This document shows positions 59,855-64,000 of a DNA stretch of 64,000 bases, in pieces (positions within the stretch are counted from its first letter, which is position 1; each line of letters starts with the position of its first letter). The position numbers were made by a program, and so were the translations under genes. The DNA is taken from NCBI GenBank assembly GCA_977030845.1, contig OZ365116.1, forward strand, positions 21,638,001 through 21,702,000, in the 5' to 3' direction. The notes below the pieces were generated by a model that made no database searches, was not told where the DNA came from, and saw only the letters and a program-made list of their open reading frames with translations. The DNA comes from Fimbriosthenelais zetlandica (Eukaryota).

Positions 59855-62800
59855 CCCCCTTCACATAATCAAGCTTCATTCTATAGAGACGTCACCGGGG
59901 TTTGAAGGGTGCACTCCTGGTAAATATGCCACAAAAATTACCTTAGTAATGTATAGATGTTTTAAAGGCAGCTGCGGTTATGATGTCTGGGGTCATTGCA
60001 CTGTTATCAATGATCGAAATCCTGGGTTTGTTCCAAGGTGGAATTTAGTTGGGTTTGTCCCCCATCTAACTCCCATGTCCTATATATAGATTGACTCATT
60101 GAATGAGTTACACAATGCTTTCAATCGAAAAGAGCAATATATAACATAAAGCTCAAAACACAGACTTTCTAGAATGGACTGAAACACATGAACCATGATG
60201 GCGACGTGCTGGGTGGTCCGTTGTAATTTGCGATGACATTAATTTCGGTTGGTTGCAAGCACAACATATTTCACGCTGTCATTATAGCTATAATGGGGGT
60301 GGTTGCCGGGGAAGTCAAACCACGGTGCTAAAGCCACTATATGAAGATCTGTAAATGGAGGCTTCCCCTATTACAGGTTTACATCAGGTGGATCGGGCAA
60401 TGACAGGGAGAATTCCTGTGGTTAGATATACCATGGACTATATCCATACTCACTGAGTGGGTGGATGCGGTCTAACTTTCTTGCATGATAATTTCATAAC
60501 TGCCTTTTTTGTCAAAGCTTTTCTTGGATCCAATCCTTGACAGGTATGAAAATCAGTACAAGGATCAACTTCAGACACCTCAAGGGTCTTAAATATACCA
60601 ACCCTGAAATGCTCTATGACCACCGCGACTCACTGATCACTTGTTTAAAGTCTAATAGGCCTTTATAATATCAAATCCTACTATTTTCAGTGGGATGATT
60701 AGTGCTTTAGCAGGACTTTTCCTGGCATAAATACCATTGTAAGATACAGTCAATGTTTTAATCATATCTCGGCACCTGTCATGGTTCAAGAAGTCAGAGC
60801 ATTGGCCATCAAGGCCGGGTGACCTTGGCACCTGACTTAGCCTATCTTCTGGCACCAGTGGTGGGAACTTTTCATGGCCAGGCTCTGACTTCCAACAGCC
60901 ATGGCCTGGCTCCTTATTTAATTACTACCTTTAATAGACATTGAAGACATCCATCATTCTATCCTGTCTACTCTTCTTACCATACAGTAGTTTCTTCTAT
61001 AAAACTGCCGAGGAAAGGCCAAGAAAGAATTGTTTGAGATAAAATTAGAAGACAGAGGAATAACGGGCCTGTTTCATAATAATTGACTCGTAATGTTTTA
61101 TTAAACTGTCCCAGGTCTCAAAGTAAATAATAGTTTTAAAATATAATTTCTGTCCTGAAAGCAATTCATATAATTGTTTGACATCCATTTTTGTTCTTGT
61201 ATTTCATAAACTGTCACCTTTTGACATGACGGGTTTGTTCAGTGGACTTTCTCATATCTTATCGTGAATTATAGTCGAGATGAAGAGATAGGACACAGAT
61301 TAGAGTTATTGGAGGGCATGCACTATGAACTGGGAGGTCACTAATTATCACCCTTAACAGCCCTGGTCACTGACAGGATGGGACGCCTTACAGGCCCCCG
61401 GGCATCATGACACTTTTTCCTCAAAATCACAATAGGCTATTATCCTAATAAATTCCCTTTCTCTAAGGTTTAAGCTTGAATATCATACTGAAAAACTCCA
61501 TAACATGATGTCTCATTTGTATTCATTATGAAACTGCAATCCAAAATGCCAGCAGTTTCAACAGTTTTTCAAAAATAAGAGTCTATTATCAGTTACAAGT
61601 ATGAATTTAATAAGGCTTCCCGACAATAGCTTCAGCGAAAGTGTCTAAGGCTCAAAGTAACCTTTTAAATTGAAATTCAATTTCGCCGTGATTGAAGCAT
61701 GTTGCAAATTAAAGCTATAATTTTCTCACAGAGCTCGAGGCAATGGCAACTCTGACAACTTCAAACGTGTTATTAGTCCCGCCCCCTCTTGGCGGGGCCT
61801 GTCGCTAAAGACAGGTCCTCCACCGAGCCCCTCAAAAGTCCCCTGCCTTGGCCCCCTCCGGTCATCTAATGCTTCCTCCTTGTTCACGATATTTTCCCTC
61901 GCTAAAAATTGAGCGAATTGTCCCCGCGGTGGTCGCTACGTCGTGTGCAGCAGATGGACGGGGAGAATGGAATGGTTGGGAAGAAAGATGGAAAAAAGTG
62001 TGAATTATTTGGTGACCATGGGGGCACAAACCGACACATAACAAGGCCACACACGCTGATACGGTCCTCTGTTCTCACTCCTACATGAGATGAATTAATG
62101 GCAGCCCTCATATGTAACTCCTCCTATAATAGGCCTACCTTACATTTAAATATCTGCACTTCTACATCATACGAGTATCTGCTGCTGAAAAGTTTGAAGC
62201 AATATGAACCGAAAATGACAGTTGTAGGTTTATGACAATACATCCACCCCTATAACTATGTGGGATATTTTGATGACAAATCCGATGCTCTGACATAAAG
62301 TTTGATATCATATTTAATATCTCAGATTCACCCTGTGTAAAATGTTAATGCTTATATCGTGCACTATATTGCCTTTGTTGACCTCTCAGTATGTTCCATA
62401 CAACTTCATCATATCGTTCGTGATATCATCAGAAAAAAGATATATTCTCAATCCCATATGTGTGTATCTGAAATGCCATGGTTAAATTCAATCACTGAAT
62501 AGAGAGATGACGTCAACATCCGGGACAGTTTGACGTTAGCGCCCCTATGTCGGATAGCTTAGCAACTAATGAAAAAGTGGCTTTGTAGAAAAGTCAATAC
62601 AATAATATGCTGGGCATATATGCACATTTCTCCTACATTAGTGTACGAAGGTATCCTTGAACTGGAAACCACATGCAAAAGTTTTTTTCTGCAATTATTT
62701 ATGCAGACTTGGACATGAGAATCGTATTAACATTTCCGTCATGTACCAAATAATGAATTTTAAATTTCCCATTGCAAGGGGCTTTCCACGGGTGCAGGAA

Positions 62801-64000
62801 AAGATATGGCTATGAGTTTTTATTATATAAAACAGTTAAAATGCTTGAGGTCTTGCAGGCTGTCTATATATATACACCCTTCCTCCCACACCTCAAGAGA
62901 CCTGTATCTAGTCTATGTATACTTTTCAAAGCAAGGCTAGAGTCAAAAAGGTATAAACCTGTTGACCTTTTAATAACAATTTCAAACCAAAATGTCATAT
63001 GTACACTCCCTGATGGCAAACAAGAGACAAAACCCCAACAGCTATCAATATGAATGGCATAAGTACATAGCTATATACATATCTAGTAATATGATATTTC
63101 CCCACCAATGCGGGTATTTAACTAGTGGCATCCTAAGATTGTATAGCGACAATAGTTAAAAAAATACACGGATAAAAGCTGGTCAATGTCATGACTTGGC
63201 AGCGAGTCGGTCCTCACTCGTAAACAAGAGCTAAACCTCCAATAAAGAAATGTGATTTTTATGTGAATAACAGTCATACATTCTACTGTGAATGGGATCA
63301 AAAGCAAGTCGTTCATGTAGACCTCAGCAAAAATATGATGGTAGGTTCCAAGAGGTACCATGACCAGAATTAACACCAGTACAATCTAGACATATAAATC
63401 ACCATCACTATGGGTGTCTTGTCATTGTTTTACACCTCACCCTTTGCGTGGTTCATTCTCTTTTCTAGATGACCTGCCTTATGACTAAAAGCCACTAAAA
63501 CACAGTCATTGTGTACGTTAAAGTTTTTGCCCAAAACAGCAGTAGCTAATGAGTAGCACTAATGTTAACTAGCATGAGGTGCTACCATTCACGACATTAT
63601 CATGCCTGTAAAGTGTTATACACATCAATTACACTCATCTCCACTCAGCTGGAACTCTAAAGGCTATGTTACACAACGCCATTTGTATTAATGTTCCTGT
63701 CTGATATTCCTGGATGTACCATGAATTTTCACGCAAAACAGTCCACCAATTTTCATTTTCCTCTCCCATAGCACATGGATAAAATGTCTCTGAGTGTCAT
63801 TCAAGTAATTTTGCAGAATATTTGTTTTAATGTTAATAAATGTTGTCTGGCAGTTAGTGATAAATCGGGTTGGTGTGGTGTAGTCTTTATGGGGGAGTGA
63901 GAAGACTAGATATAGCCCGAGGGCAAGAAGCTAGCATCCACAATACCTTACTGACACCAACATGAACGTGAAACACTGCCTGTCACTACAGAAAAGTGTT

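Noticed and set aside
51190-63490. 14-bp inverted match aaccacgcaaaggg (51213) / ccctttgcgtggtt (63440) as possible TIRs of a 12-kb element
   Set aside because: The similarity does not extend cleanly, there is no TSD and no transposase between; more likely two old copies of a small repeat.
1-64000. Most short ORFs in the supplied track; rRNA, tRNA and CRISPR arrays
   Set aside because: ORFs outside the listed exons are antisense shadows or chance frames in eukaryotic non-coding DNA. No RNA-gene or repeat-spacer signatures were seen.

Overview
AT-rich, intron-containing animal genomic DNA, probably from a marine invertebrate; an echinoderm-like source is only my guess from the TAGGCCTA enrichment. 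Three spliced protein-coding genes can be rebuilt with GT-AG introns and consistent phases, all in a compact cluster at 13-31 kb. They are transaldolase TALDO1 (+, 8 exons, 13371-16036, 333 aa), small VCP/p97-interacting protein SVIP (-, 3 exons, 19226-17940, 77 aa) and mitoribosomal protein MRPS31 (+, 7 exons, 19472-30628, 372 aa). TALDO1 and SVIP are tail-to-tail, and SVIP and MRPS31 are head-to-head with 245 bp between their start codons. The first 10 kb and the last 33 kb contain no gene I can recognise, only decayed repeats (one possible DIRS/Ngaro tyrosine-recombinase remnant, possible LINE fragments, MITE ends) and a few promoter- or exon-like islands. No rRNA, tRNA or CRISPR features were seen. 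The most interesting unexplained signals are a possible divergent micro-protein gene upstream of TALDO1, a two-ATG start on TALDO1, a set of perfect short palindromes and fold-backs around the gene cluster, and an orphan promoter-like island at 34.5 kb. I did not find a clearly novel biological system. All family assignments come from recalled motifs, not database searches.
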